This document shows positions 19,951 to 28,789 of a DNA stretch of 64,000 bases, piece after piece. Source of the stretch: a virus. The notes below the pieces were generated by a model that saw only the letters and a program-made list of their open reading frames with translations, was not told where the DNA came from and did not search any database. Position 1 is the stretch's first letter. Every line of letters begins with the position of its first letter. Made by a program: the position numbers and the translations under genes. Where the stretch lies: the IMG/VR virus record IMGVR_UViG_3300026484_000110, one strand, 5' to 3'.

Positions 19951-22506
19951 CATTGTGTTTGTAGGTACAGTTATTATATTGTCTTCTTGAGCTACAGTAT
20001 TACTATCTACCAAAGCAATTGTTTCTTTATCATTATTATCGGTATTTAGAATATTATCTGTTTTAGAATTTATATTACTACTTGTATTATCAGGATCAGA
20101 TTTTTTATTATTAGTTACGCTATTTAAAGTAGTTATTTCGCTATTACCTGATTTTATCTTAGGTTCTATATATGTTTCAATATCAGGATTTAGAATTATA
20201 TCATTAGTTAATTTTTCTTTTTTATTATAAGTCATAGTTTTTTCAGTTTTATAATTGGCGTAGACAGCGTTTAATTCAAATTCTTCGTCTAAATATGTCT
20301 GCATATCTTTAATATTGTATCTTAAAATAGGTCTTTTCACACTTATTTCGTTTATTGTTTTACTATCTACTGTAGTAATGGTTGTTTTACTAGTATATGC
20401 TGATGATTTAGTATTTATTGTATTTAATAAGATACCGTAATGTCTGGACATAAAATTTTCACAATTTACTAATATATCTGTATGTTTATAATTTATATAA
20501 GTTTTTTCTACTGTTTTAAAATTGTCCATTTTATTATAATCATTAGTAGTTATATTACCATTTGGTAATTGATAATAATGTTCCCATATTCTCGTAGGAA
20601 TGTAATATCTATAATGCCCATATTGAACAGTAACTATACCTTTGTTAGTATTACCCATCTGTAAGCTAGTACTATATGTTTTTTGGATATCTAATAACTG
20701 CGTATCGAAGACAAACTGTAAAGTATAAGACTTAAATTTATTAGATAGTTTTATGTAAGCTTTTAATTTATCTATTATAGTATCAATTTCTCTAACCGGT
20801 ATACCTATTACATCTTTAAATAAAGTTCTTAATCCTGCATATGCGAATTCCGAAGTTATCTTTCTAGATAAACCTAGGTTATCTATAAATTTATTTAAAT
20901 CGTATGGTATATCTTCTACAATTTTACCTCTTGTAAATAAACGATTAAATAATAGTTTTAAATCAGCAGATAACATATTATCATTTACATTTGTAATTAG
21001 ATACCACATATAAGAAATACTTACTGCCATAGTAGATATATATTCTTTAAATTTAGTAATTTGATTAAAATTACAAACATTATCTAATGTGTTTACAAGT
21101 TCCTTTACGAATGGTAATAACTGTTTTTCATACATTAAATCTTTTACTAGGTCATTTATATCGTTAGGAGATTTATATACCATATCGAAAAGATAACTAC
21201 TTAATTTTAGTTCTCCAGTTAAATTTATATCCGATATATATAGCATATAGTAAATGATTAAATAAAATAATTTTTCATTATCTAATTTTATTAATTTCAT
21301 TGTGTATGGATCTATAAAATTCATACCTATGTATATGTTTTTCTTTTTTAGGTAATAAATTAAATTAAACCAAGCCATCACTATTAAAGAGTCTTGATAA
21401 AATGTGCCCAAATCTTTTCTATCTATGTATAAAACTTTTGTAGGACTATCGTTTTCGTTTATTGATATTAAACGTTTTTTATAAACATCGGCTAAATGTT
21501 TTAAATTTATATTTTCACTAATTAAACCTAAATCTTTTTCTGTTTCTAGGATATTTTCAATAGTAGCTTTATTATCGTCTTCTTTTACATAATTGCTATT
21601 CAGAGGCATCATATATACACTGTGCTTATTATCCAAGTCTAAAATTGATTTATTTGGTTTATATATATTTTCTTCTATTAATTTAGGTTTTAATTTACCT
21701 ATATGTAAATTTCCAACTCCTATATTATTATAGTCTAGTATTTTATTTATTAAATAATTTAATATTCTATTGTGTCCTACGTTTGTTTTAATATCGTTTA
21801 AATTACCGTATAACCATATTTGTGTAGTTAAGTCCAATAAACCAGTAGGGTCTAATTTCTTTAATGTATAGAGATGGTTTAATAAATGGAATCTATCCAC
21901 ACTGTTAGTTAAAACGTAACTTATTCTTCTAGCAATTATAAAACCAGGTAATAAAGAATATAAGTTACTTAGCATAGCTGATAAGTATAATTCATCTATT
22001 GTGTAATCTTTTACATGGTATCTAGTAAAAAAATTATTTATAAATGTTTCTATATCTGAAATTAGGTTTATTTCATTTTCTTGTACTAGATCTTTTCTAT
22101 AGTATAAAATAGTACCATTTTTAGCAGGTAAACTAATCTCTGGACTAATAGGATTTAATATACCTCTTATTAACAATGCCTGCGATGGATAATTTTCTAC
22201 CAAATTGTTAAATGTTTTATCAAATTTTAATAATTCATTTTTTAGAATAGGATACTTTTTTATGTTGTCTTTTGTAATAACATCAGTTTTGTCAATATCT
22301 GGAATATATGTTATAATTGGAATATCGATATTCGTATATTCGCCATTCATATTTTTATAATATTTCCATTCATTAGGATCGTCTATTTTTATGTTTAATG
22401 TTTTCTCAACAATCATATTTGTAAATACTGCTTCATCGTTAAATTTAATTGTTAAACTATTTACTAGGTTAATGGTTGATTTGATATAATCGTAAATATT
22501 TATCAT
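19930..22506 (-). CDS. Virion structural protein (phiKZ gp128-like, probably baseplate/tail)
   Basis: DPNEWKYYKNMNGEY motif; divergent from the portal; low-complexity T/N/D/K C-terminus. Confidence 0.65.
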   Translation of the reverse strand: MINIYDYIKSTINLVNSLTIKFNDEAVFTNMIVEKTLNIKIDDPNEWKYYKNMNGEYTNIDIPIITYIPDIDKTDVITKDNIKKYPILKNELLKFDKTFNNLVENYPSQALLIRGILNPISPEISLPAKNGTILYYRKDLVQENEINLISDIETFINNFFTRYHVKDYTIDELYLSAMLSNLYSLLPGFIIARRISYVLTNSVDRFHLLNHLYTLKKLDPTGLLDLTTQIWLYGNLNDIKTNVGHNRILNYLINKILDYNNIGVGNLHIGKLKPKLIEENIYKPNKSILDLDNKHSVYMMPLNSNYVKEDDNKATIENILETEKDLGLISENINLKHLADVYKKRLISINENDSPTKVLYIDRKDLGTFYQDSLIVMAWFNLIYYLKKKNIYIGMNFIDPYTMKLIKLDNEKLFYLIIYYMLYISDINLTGELKLSSYLFDMVYKSPNDINDLVKDLMYEKQLLPFVKELVNTLDNVCNFNQITKFKEYISTMAVSISYMWYLITNVNDNMLSADLKLLFNRLFTRGKIVEDIPYDLNKFIDNLGLSRKITSEFAYAGLRTLFKDVIGIPVREIDTIIDKLKAYIKLSNKFKSYTLQFVFDTQLLDIQKTYSTSLQMGNTNKGIVTVQYGHYRYYIPTRIWEHYYQLPNGNITTNDYNKMDNFKTVEKTYINYKHTDILVNCENFMSRHYGILLNTINTKSSAYTSKTTITTVDSKTINEISVKRPILRYNIKDMQTYLDEEFELNAVYANYKTEKTMTYNKKEKLTNDIILNPDIETYIEPKIKSGNSEITTLNSVTNNKKSDPDNTSSNINSKTDNILNTDNNDKETIALVDSNTVAQEDNIITVPTNTMYTVDPD

Positions 22507-22572
22507 GGTACTTCCTTAATTTTTGGCTTTTCAAGCCAATTTGGTATCTTGATGATAACAAAAGGAGAATAA

Positions 22573-25080
22573 ATGGCAAAAGTAAAATTAAAAAATAAAA
22601 TACCAGTAGAAGATCCGGTTTTAAATTTGTTAGAAAAACAATTTAACGCAAAAAAACAATTAAAAGAAAAAGAGACTAAGGTTAGTTATGCAGATATTTT
22701 TAAAATAAAAAAATACAGTAAAAATGTAATAGAGAATAATGAGGATATTTTAAATATTTTTCCAGATTTGGAATTAGCAAAAGAGATTTTAGTATCTTCT
22801 ATATTATCGCCTAATGACATGGTGTCTGTGAATTTAAATTATAAAATTAAGAATATACAGTTACCTGTTGATATAAAAACTATGATTTCAGATACAATAA
22901 GAAACCATGTAAAAGAAGAGTATAATTATTTGGATAAATTACCTACTATTATAGAAGAAACTTTATTTAGTAAGGGTAGTTATGCAGAAATAATTATTCC
23001 CGACTCTTTCATCAGTAAATCCAAATTAAAAATTACAGCAGGATTAGAAAGTACTGTAGATGCAATATCTAAAATTAATAACACAGGAATAATTAGAACT
23101 AAATCTTTATTAAAAGACGGTAACGAGTCTATTTTAGAGATAACAGATAATTCATCAGTACTTTTAGCAGAAGATATTTATTATAAACAAATAGAAGAAA
23201 ATTTAGAAAATAATTTAGCAGGCACTACAGTAGGTTATGAAGCTAACGTAGTGTTAAATAAAGCATTTAGAAATGAAGTAGAAGAAGTAGTAACAATTAC
23301 AAATGATGGTAATAATTCAGGAATACCGTTGGTTAAAAAAGTTTTTCCAGAATCAGTAATACCTATCTGTAGTAAAACAGATCCATCTAAACATTTTGGT
23401 TATTTTATATTAGTAGATGAAACAGGTGCACCTTTAAATACTGAATTAACTAATGATCCTATTGTGGGATTAGATAATAGTAAAAACGAAAATTCAATGC
23501 TTACCAAAAAAATTTTAAATAGAGCTAAAAAATTATTATACGACACACTAGGTAAAGAACCTACATTATCTAATTTAAACGAATTAAAAGAAGAACTAGT
23601 AATTAAAAAATTACAGACAGTATTAAAAGATAGTAAAATTGGAAAAATAGCCAAATTAGACATTAATGATAGAGAAGAAATAATTGATATTTTGCTGGAT
23701 AGAATATTAAAAAGTAAAAAAACTAAAATTCTATTTGTACCTGAAAACTTACTGGCTTATTATGCTATCAGATATAGAAAGAATGGTACTGGTGAATCTT
23801 TATTAGAGAGAATAACTGTTTTATCTAGCTTTAGAGCTATTATTATATTTGTAAGCTTGTTAAGCTTTATTAAGTCATCTATACCTATTACAAATGTAAA
23901 TGCTCAATTAGACGAAAATGATGTAGATTATGAAAAGACTATGGAAAAAATAATGTCTGAAGTTCTAAAAAACAGACAATTAAATTTACCTATAGGAATA
24001 TTAAAAGTTGATGACTTAGTAGATTGGGTACATAAAATAGGATTTGCATTTAACTTTAAGCATCCAGGTTTACCAGATATAGATATAAATATTGAAGAAA
24101 AAAATCCTGAAGTAGAACCAGTTAATACTGATTTAAAACAGATGATAGATAAACATATAATATTAGCATTAGGTTTAACTCCTGAAATTATTGATAATGC
24201 CTATAGTCCTGATTTTGCTACTACAATAGTAGCTAATAACACATTATTAAATAAACGTATATCAAAATACCAAGAACAGTTTAACAAATTAATTACAAAA
24301 AATATTAAAAAACAAGCTATTGCGGACGGTTTACTAAAGAGAAAGTTAGAAGACATTATAAGACCTAACATTAAGTCTATTAAAACATATTTAAAAAGAA
24401 TAAAACATAACCTAAATATAAATATAGAAGAATTATTAAAAATAGGTGATGATACGCTAGTAGATTTTATAATAAGAAATAGTATAAAAGGTCTAGATAT
24501 TACGTTACCTAAGCCCGAAATAAAAGATAATGATAATCTAGGTGATCTATTTAATAAATATAAAGATTCTTTAGATAATGTTTTAGATTTACTGTTTAGC
24601 GAGGACGCGTTACCTGAAGAATTAATTGGCGAATTCTCTGGTAAGATAGAAAATATTAAAAACGTAATTAAGACAATTTTAATTAAGAAATGGATAAGTG
24701 AAAATGGATATCTAACAGATGTAACAGAACTTATGACCATAGGGGATGACGGAAAACCGACACTAAATCTATTGGAAGAATACGAGACTTATGTAGAAGT
24801 ATTAGAAAAAGCTGTATTGCCGTTCCTAAAAACTATTAAGAAAAAATCTGAACAAATAGACAAAAAACTATCTAAAATAGAAGAAGATAACGAAGATGAA
24901 GATGAAAATGAAAACAGTGATACAGGTAGTAGTGAAGAAAATGATAATGAATTGGACAATACGGAAGAATCTGATACAGAAGAAGATGAGGGTATGGAAG
25001 AAGGCATCGATACAGAAGAAGAGGATACCGGTAGTGAAGAAGATACTGGTACTGGAGAAGAAGAGTTGCCTGATTTATAA
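22573..25080 (+). CDS. Portal protein (phiKZ gp129-like)
   Basis: FPDLELAKEILVSSILSPND, HFGYFILVDETGAP and NGTGESLL motifs; acidic C-terminal tail. Confidence 0.85.
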   Translation: MAKVKLKNKIPVEDPVLNLLEKQFNAKKQLKEKETKVSYADIFKIKKYSKNVIENNEDILNIFPDLELAKEILVSSILSPNDMVSVNLNYKIKNIQLPVDIKTMISDTIRNHVKEEYNYLDKLPTIIEETLFSKGSYAEIIIPDSFISKSKLKITAGLESTVDAISKINNTGIIRTKSLLKDGNESILEITDNSSVLLAEDIYYKQIEENLENNLAGTTVGYEANVVLNKAFRNEVEEVVTITNDGNNSGIPLVKKVFPESVIPICSKTDPSKHFGYFILVDETGAPLNTELTNDPIVGLDNSKNENSMLTKKILNRAKKLLYDTLGKEPTLSNLNELKEELVIKKLQTVLKDSKIGKIAKLDINDREEIIDILLDRILKSKKTKILFVPENLLAYYAIRYRKNGTGESLLERITVLSSFRAIIIFVSLLSFIKSSIPITNVNAQLDENDVDYEKTMEKIMSEVLKNRQLNLPIGILKVDDLVDWVHKIGFAFNFKHPGLPDIDINIEEKNPEVEPVNTDLKQMIDKHIILALGLTPEIIDNAYSPDFATTIVANNTLLNKRISKYQEQFNKLITKNIKKQAIADGLLKRKLEDIIRPNIKSIKTYLKRIKHNLNINIEELLKIGDDTLVDFIIRNSIKGLDITLPKPEIKDNDNLGDLFNKYKDSLDNVLDLLFSEDALPEELIGEFSGKIENIKNVIKTILIKKWISENGYLTDVTELMTIGDDGKPTLNLLEEYETYVEVLEKAVLPFLKTIKKKSEQIDKKLSKIEEDNEDEDENENSDTGSSEENDNELDNTEESDTEEDEGMEEGIDTEEEDTGSEEDTGTGEEELPDL

Positions 25081-25093
25081 TATTTTTGAAAAA

Positions 25094-25161
25094 TATATTA
25101 TTAATACAGATTACAGGAAATATTCCTGTAATCTAATGTTTTTTATTGGTATATTATTAAT
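25094..25161 (+). promoter_or_regulatory. Tandem early promoter-like motifs flanking a hairpin
   Basis: Identical TATATTATTAAT at 25094-25105 and 25150-25161. Confidence 0.55.
25108..25134 (+). terminator. Hairpin terminator after the portal gene
   Basis: AGATTACAGGAA-ATA-TTCCTGTAATCT followed by a T tract. Confidence 0.7.
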
Positions 25162-25212
25162 ATGCTCGATGAGCATCTTTCCGGAAAGATTTACATTAAG
25201 AAGGAGTCTAAA

Positions 25213-25821
25213 ATGTGGAACAACCAATTTAATCAGTTTGGTCAGGGTTTTCCTAACCAACAGAATATGTACCAGCAATATAAGCGACAAGGGTTTCAGC
25301 AACAACAAATGCAGCAAGTAAACCCAATGTATCAACAGCAAATGAATGCTGGTTTTCAACAACAAGTAAACCCAATGTACCAACAACAACAGATGAATCC
25401 AGCATTTAACCAGCAGCAAGTGAATCCGATGTATCAGCAACAAATGCAACAAGTAAACCCAATGTATCAACAGCAAATGTATCCGATGTATCAACAACAG
25501 ATGATGAATCAGAGGATGCAAAATGTTCAAACTAGAATGCAAAATATAGGTTTTGGACAAAGCGGTATGAGAATGCCTGCCAGTCAACCAGTAGCAGGAC
25601 CAATGGGGTTTGATAATAATTTTGCTCAACAACAGCAAGCACAACAAACAGTTCAACAACAAACGTGTAATCCTGCCAAACAGATCGATAGGTCTAATTA
25701 TAAACCAGAAACTGGTCATGAATATCCACCGCTTTATGACGAAACTAAAGAAATTCTAGAAATCGTCTTTGATGACATTAAACAAACTTACAAATTTATC
25801 GTAAAAAATAAAAACATTTAA
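25213..25821 (+). CDS. Q/N/M/Y-rich low-complexity (prion-like) protein with a short C-terminal domain
   Basis: Start moved to ATG 25213 behind AAGGAG; QVNPMYQQQ repeats. Confidence 0.8.
   Translation: MWNNQFNQFGQGFPNQQNMYQQYKRQGFQQQQMQQVNPMYQQQMNAGFQQQVNPMYQQQQMNPAFNQQQVNPMYQQQMQQVNPMYQQQMYPMYQQQMMNQRMQNVQTRMQNIGFGQSGMRMPASQPVAGPMGFDNNFAQQQQAQQTVQQQTCNPAKQIDRSNYKPETGHEYPPLYDETKEILEIVFDDIKQTYKFIVKNKNI
25300..25510 (+). repeat. Coding tandem repeat (QVNPMYQQQM units)
   Basis: Exact 30-nt copy CAAGTAAACCCAATGTATCAACAGCAAATG at 25315-44 and 25450-79, plus synonymous variants. Confidence 0.9.
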
Positions 25822-25831
25822 AGGAGACGTT

Positions 25832-26587
25832 ATGGTACTTAAAGAAATTAATGATATTCTTGGATTTGATAATATATACGGGGTTAAAAATTTGTTAGCG
25901 TATGAAAATATGTTGTTAGGTAAAAATGAATATTGTCTTGCGAATATTAATCTTATTAATATTAAACCTATATCTAAAATAGATGACAAAAAATCAGAAT
26001 TAATGATTAAACCTAGTGAGTATTTAAAAATTGGCGGAATGTTGCCTGAAATTAAAAGCGATCTTGATCCAGCTGTAAAAGAGTTTGTGAATGCACAACT
26101 AACAAATGAGTGTAATAGGAAGTTAAAAAGCATGATAGGCGAAGTAGAGATTGATGACTACAGTATAGATAGACAGGATATAATTGTAGCTGCCAGAACA
26201 GATGAAAGATATCTAAAATTCATAGAACTCTTTGATAACTTTACTGACAAAGAATCTGAGATAGACGATATCGATTCTATAGATGGTTACAAAGTAGAAG
26301 GTCTAAAGGCAGCAGGATGGACTACACCGGCGTATGGCGTATTAGTAGAACAGGATATGATACCTAAAAACACAGATTTGGAAAAAGGTAAAGCTTATAG
26401 ATTAACTAGTAATAGAAAACTCTATAAGCTGTTGAAACCTAAAATAGAAGAAAATGCAAACTATGAAATTCTAGTATTCACAGATCATGATAACATTTAT
26501 ACAATTATGATGTCCGTTTATGGTTATCCTACTATAAGAAAAATAAATCCAGGAAATTATTTTAGGTGGTCTATAGGGAACGAATAA
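25832..26587 (+). CDS. Hypothetical protein
   Basis: SD AAGGAG; co-transcribed with the Q-rich gene. Confidence 0.75.
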   Translation: MVLKEINDILGFDNIYGVKNLLAYENMLLGKNEYCLANINLINIKPISKIDDKKSELMIKPSEYLKIGGMLPEIKSDLDPAVKEFVNAQLTNECNRKLKSMIGEVEIDDYSIDRQDIIVAARTDERYLKFIELFDNFTDKESEIDDIDSIDGYKVEGLKAAGWTTPAYGVLVEQDMIPKNTDLEKGKAYRLTSNRKLYKLLKPKIEENANYEILVFTDHDNIYTIMMSVYGYPTIRKINPGNYFRWSIGNE

Positions 26588-26598
26588 TTCCCTATAGA
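26570..26598. terminator. Bidirectional hairpin terminator
   Basis: TCTATAGGGAA-CGAATAA-TTCCCTATAGA with the TAA stop in the loop; T tract follows. Confidence 0.8.
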
Positions 26599-26610
26599 TT
26601 TATTTTTTTT

Positions 26611-27420
26611 CTATATAACTGGATTTATACTACTTTTTATAAATCTGCTATAACTTTCAGTGTCATTCATAAATGCTATCTTTCTCCAAACAGTATTAAG
26701 AAACTCTCTATATTCGTCCCACTTGTCCGAATAACTCTCTACAATTTCTGTTAATTTATTTAATTCATGTCCTCCATAAATTAGACCTTTATCTAATTCA
26801 GTTACTAAATCAGTGTAAATATATCCCTGTGTAGCTAATAAACACAATCTACTAAATTGTGGATATACTCTAGGATTTAAATCTCTCATATCTTCTTGAT
26901 ATTCTAGTTTTACTCTTAAATATCCTCCAATATTTGTAAATAAAGATTCATGTACTAATATAGTGTTTGGTCCTATTAATTCCAAATTACTAGTAGTAAA
27001 TCCTCCTACATTTGTGTCTATACCATCCATAGCACGTTCTACTAATTTTAAACCTGGATTACCGTATAAACCGTATCCTAGATAAGTAGGATTATAAACA
27101 CTATAAGTTAGCGATAATGCTGAAATTATATTTCTATTATCTCTTAACTCAGGTGGAATATAAATTACTAAATAATTACCAGTTGGATTATACGGTATTA
27201 ATTCTTGATAGCACTTATCTACAGGTATTGTAACAGTAGTACCACCTACTAAACTAGCATCTACTAAGACTTTAGGTTTTATTACTAGTGTTTCTATTTG
27301 TTGTTCAACGGTAGGTCTAATTACGTTAGTCTGGTTTATCTTTCTTAAAAAAGCTAATTCTAATATTTGCATAGGTATTTCAAAAATTATATCTTGTATT
27401 GCTTTTTGAATTGGTATCAT
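26611..27420 (-). CDS. Virion structural protein (phiKZ gp139-like)
   Basis: MIPIQKAIQDIIFEIPMQILELAF...KVLVDASLVGG motif. Confidence 0.6.
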   Translation of the reverse strand: MIPIQKAIQDIIFEIPMQILELAFLRKINQTNVIRPTVEQQIETLVIKPKVLVDASLVGGTTVTIPVDKCYQELIPYNPTGNYLVIYIPPELRDNRNIISALSLTYSVYNPTYLGYGLYGNPGLKLVERAMDGIDTNVGGFTTSNLELIGPNTILVHESLFTNIGGYLRVKLEYQEDMRDLNPRVYPQFSRLCLLATQGYIYTDLVTELDKGLIYGGHELNKLTEIVESYSDKWDEYREFLNTVWRKIAFMNDTESYSRFIKSSINPVI

Positions 27421-28484
27421 TTTGTCTCCTTTAATAAGTTATTTAATTCTATTTCTAATATTAATTCAATCTCATCGTCAGGTACTCTACTAATAATATT
27501 AGAATTAATAGCATTCCTTAATTCTAATTTCAAATAGCTTATCCATTTATTATTTATTCTTTTTGCATCCTTACTAAGTGATAATAGTTTTTTAATTATA
27601 TCTATTCTGGAATACCATAAAATCCATTTATTATTACTAGACCAAAATGTATTGTTAAATTTTAATACTTCCAAAACGTTACTTTCTATTAACGGGATAG
27701 AAAATAAATAGTCTTCATATTTTTCTTTTTTAAAACTAAATATTCTATCTACCAATTTTTCATATTCTCTATCTAACTTATCTGTAAAATCGGGTATATC
27801 AATAGGTATTTTACTAATATTAGGATCCTTTTCCATATTTAAAATATATCTGTTAATTAGCGAATAATTGGTAATTGATTTAATCGTATTAGGTATTACT
27901 ATTGTCGCTACAAATCTAGCTATATCTGTATCATTATCTAACATATACTGTTCTCTTAGCCAGTAATAGAACTGAATACCTAATGCTACAACATCTATTT
28001 CATAAATAGCAGTGGTAAAATCTTTAATAGTTGTTTTAGAATTTTGTGGATAAAAAGGACCTATTTCTGTTAGATTATGATATACACATTTTACGGTACT
28101 TATATCTTTATAATTATTATATGTAATATCATCTATATCTATTTCCATAGATATATAAAATTCTTTAGTATTGTTTAATATGGTATTTTTAAATACTTTA
28201 GACTTCGATATATCACTAGCTATTCCAAAATGTTTTAAAAGATAATCTTCATTGGTCTGTAAATCAAAGATAATATCTTCTATACTAGAATTTACCTTTA
28301 CAGGCAAACTGTTTATCAAGTCTACTAGCTTATTTGGTCTGTTGACATATATATGTGTATTGTTATAGTAATTAATTACTACATCTATATATTTATTAAA
28401 TTTATCCAAATAGTTTTCTAATTTTAAATTAGTCAATATTGGTCTAGCAGTGGTAATATTTGTTGTAAATAATCTTAACATCAT
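27417..28484 (-). CDS. Conserved jumbo-phage protein, probably virion structural
   Basis: 355 aa; divergent from the capsid gene and coupled to the gp139-like gene. Confidence 0.55.
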   Translation of the reverse strand: MMLRLFTTNITTARPILTNLKLENYLDKFNKYIDVVINYYNNTHIYVNRPNKLVDLINSLPVKVNSSIEDIIFDLQTNEDYLLKHFGIASDISKSKVFKNTILNNTKEFYISMEIDIDDITYNNYKDISTVKCVYHNLTEIGPFYPQNSKTTIKDFTTAIYEIDVVALGIQFYYWLREQYMLDNDTDIARFVATIVIPNTIKSITNYSLINRYILNMEKDPNISKIPIDIPDFTDKLDREYEKLVDRIFSFKKEKYEDYLFSIPLIESNVLEVLKFNNTFWSSNNKWILWYSRIDIIKKLLSLSKDAKRINNKWISYLKLELRNAINSNIISRVPDDEIELILEIELNNLLKETK

Positions 28485-28545
28485 CTATCCTTATAATTTA
28501 CTTTTTCATTCCATTCCGATTATTGGATCAAAGTTTTTTTATTAC

Positions 28546-28764
28546 TATATTATTGATATGATAGATGTTAAGTCTATCATGCTGAGTCATAATTGACTCA
28601 GCGGTATATGGTAGTATATACCGAATTGATGAATTTCAAATTTTTTTCGGTATATATTATTTAGTTGGCACAGAGTAAAAAACTGTGCCGGTGTGTTAAA
28701 GGTTATTGACGCCTAAGTTGTAAAAAATCTCTTAGTAAGGTAAGAGATTTCAGATCTGAAATCT
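28546..28764 (+). promoter_or_regulatory. Capsid gene leader: two early-type motifs plus a hairpin array
   Basis: TATATTAT at 28546 and 28653; hairpins at 28558-80, 28581-602, 28602-23, 28667-89, 28725-50 and 28745-64. Confidence 0.6.
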
Positions 28765-28789
28765 AGAAAAATATTTAAAGGAGTACGAA

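Noticed and set aside
19930-20450. Low-complexity T/N/D/K tail of the gp128-like protein as a separate repeat element
   Set aside because: No discrete repeat unit is discernible; it is treated as a disordered extension.
25300-25510. CRISPR array or DGR template suggested by 30-nt direct repeats
   Set aside because: The units are in frame, vary at synonymous positions and have no unique spacers; no cas or reverse transcriptase gene is in the window.
25111-25719. 202-aa minus-strand ORF (LLLIHWVY repeats)
   Set aside because: It is the antisense shadow of the glutamine repeat and has no SD.
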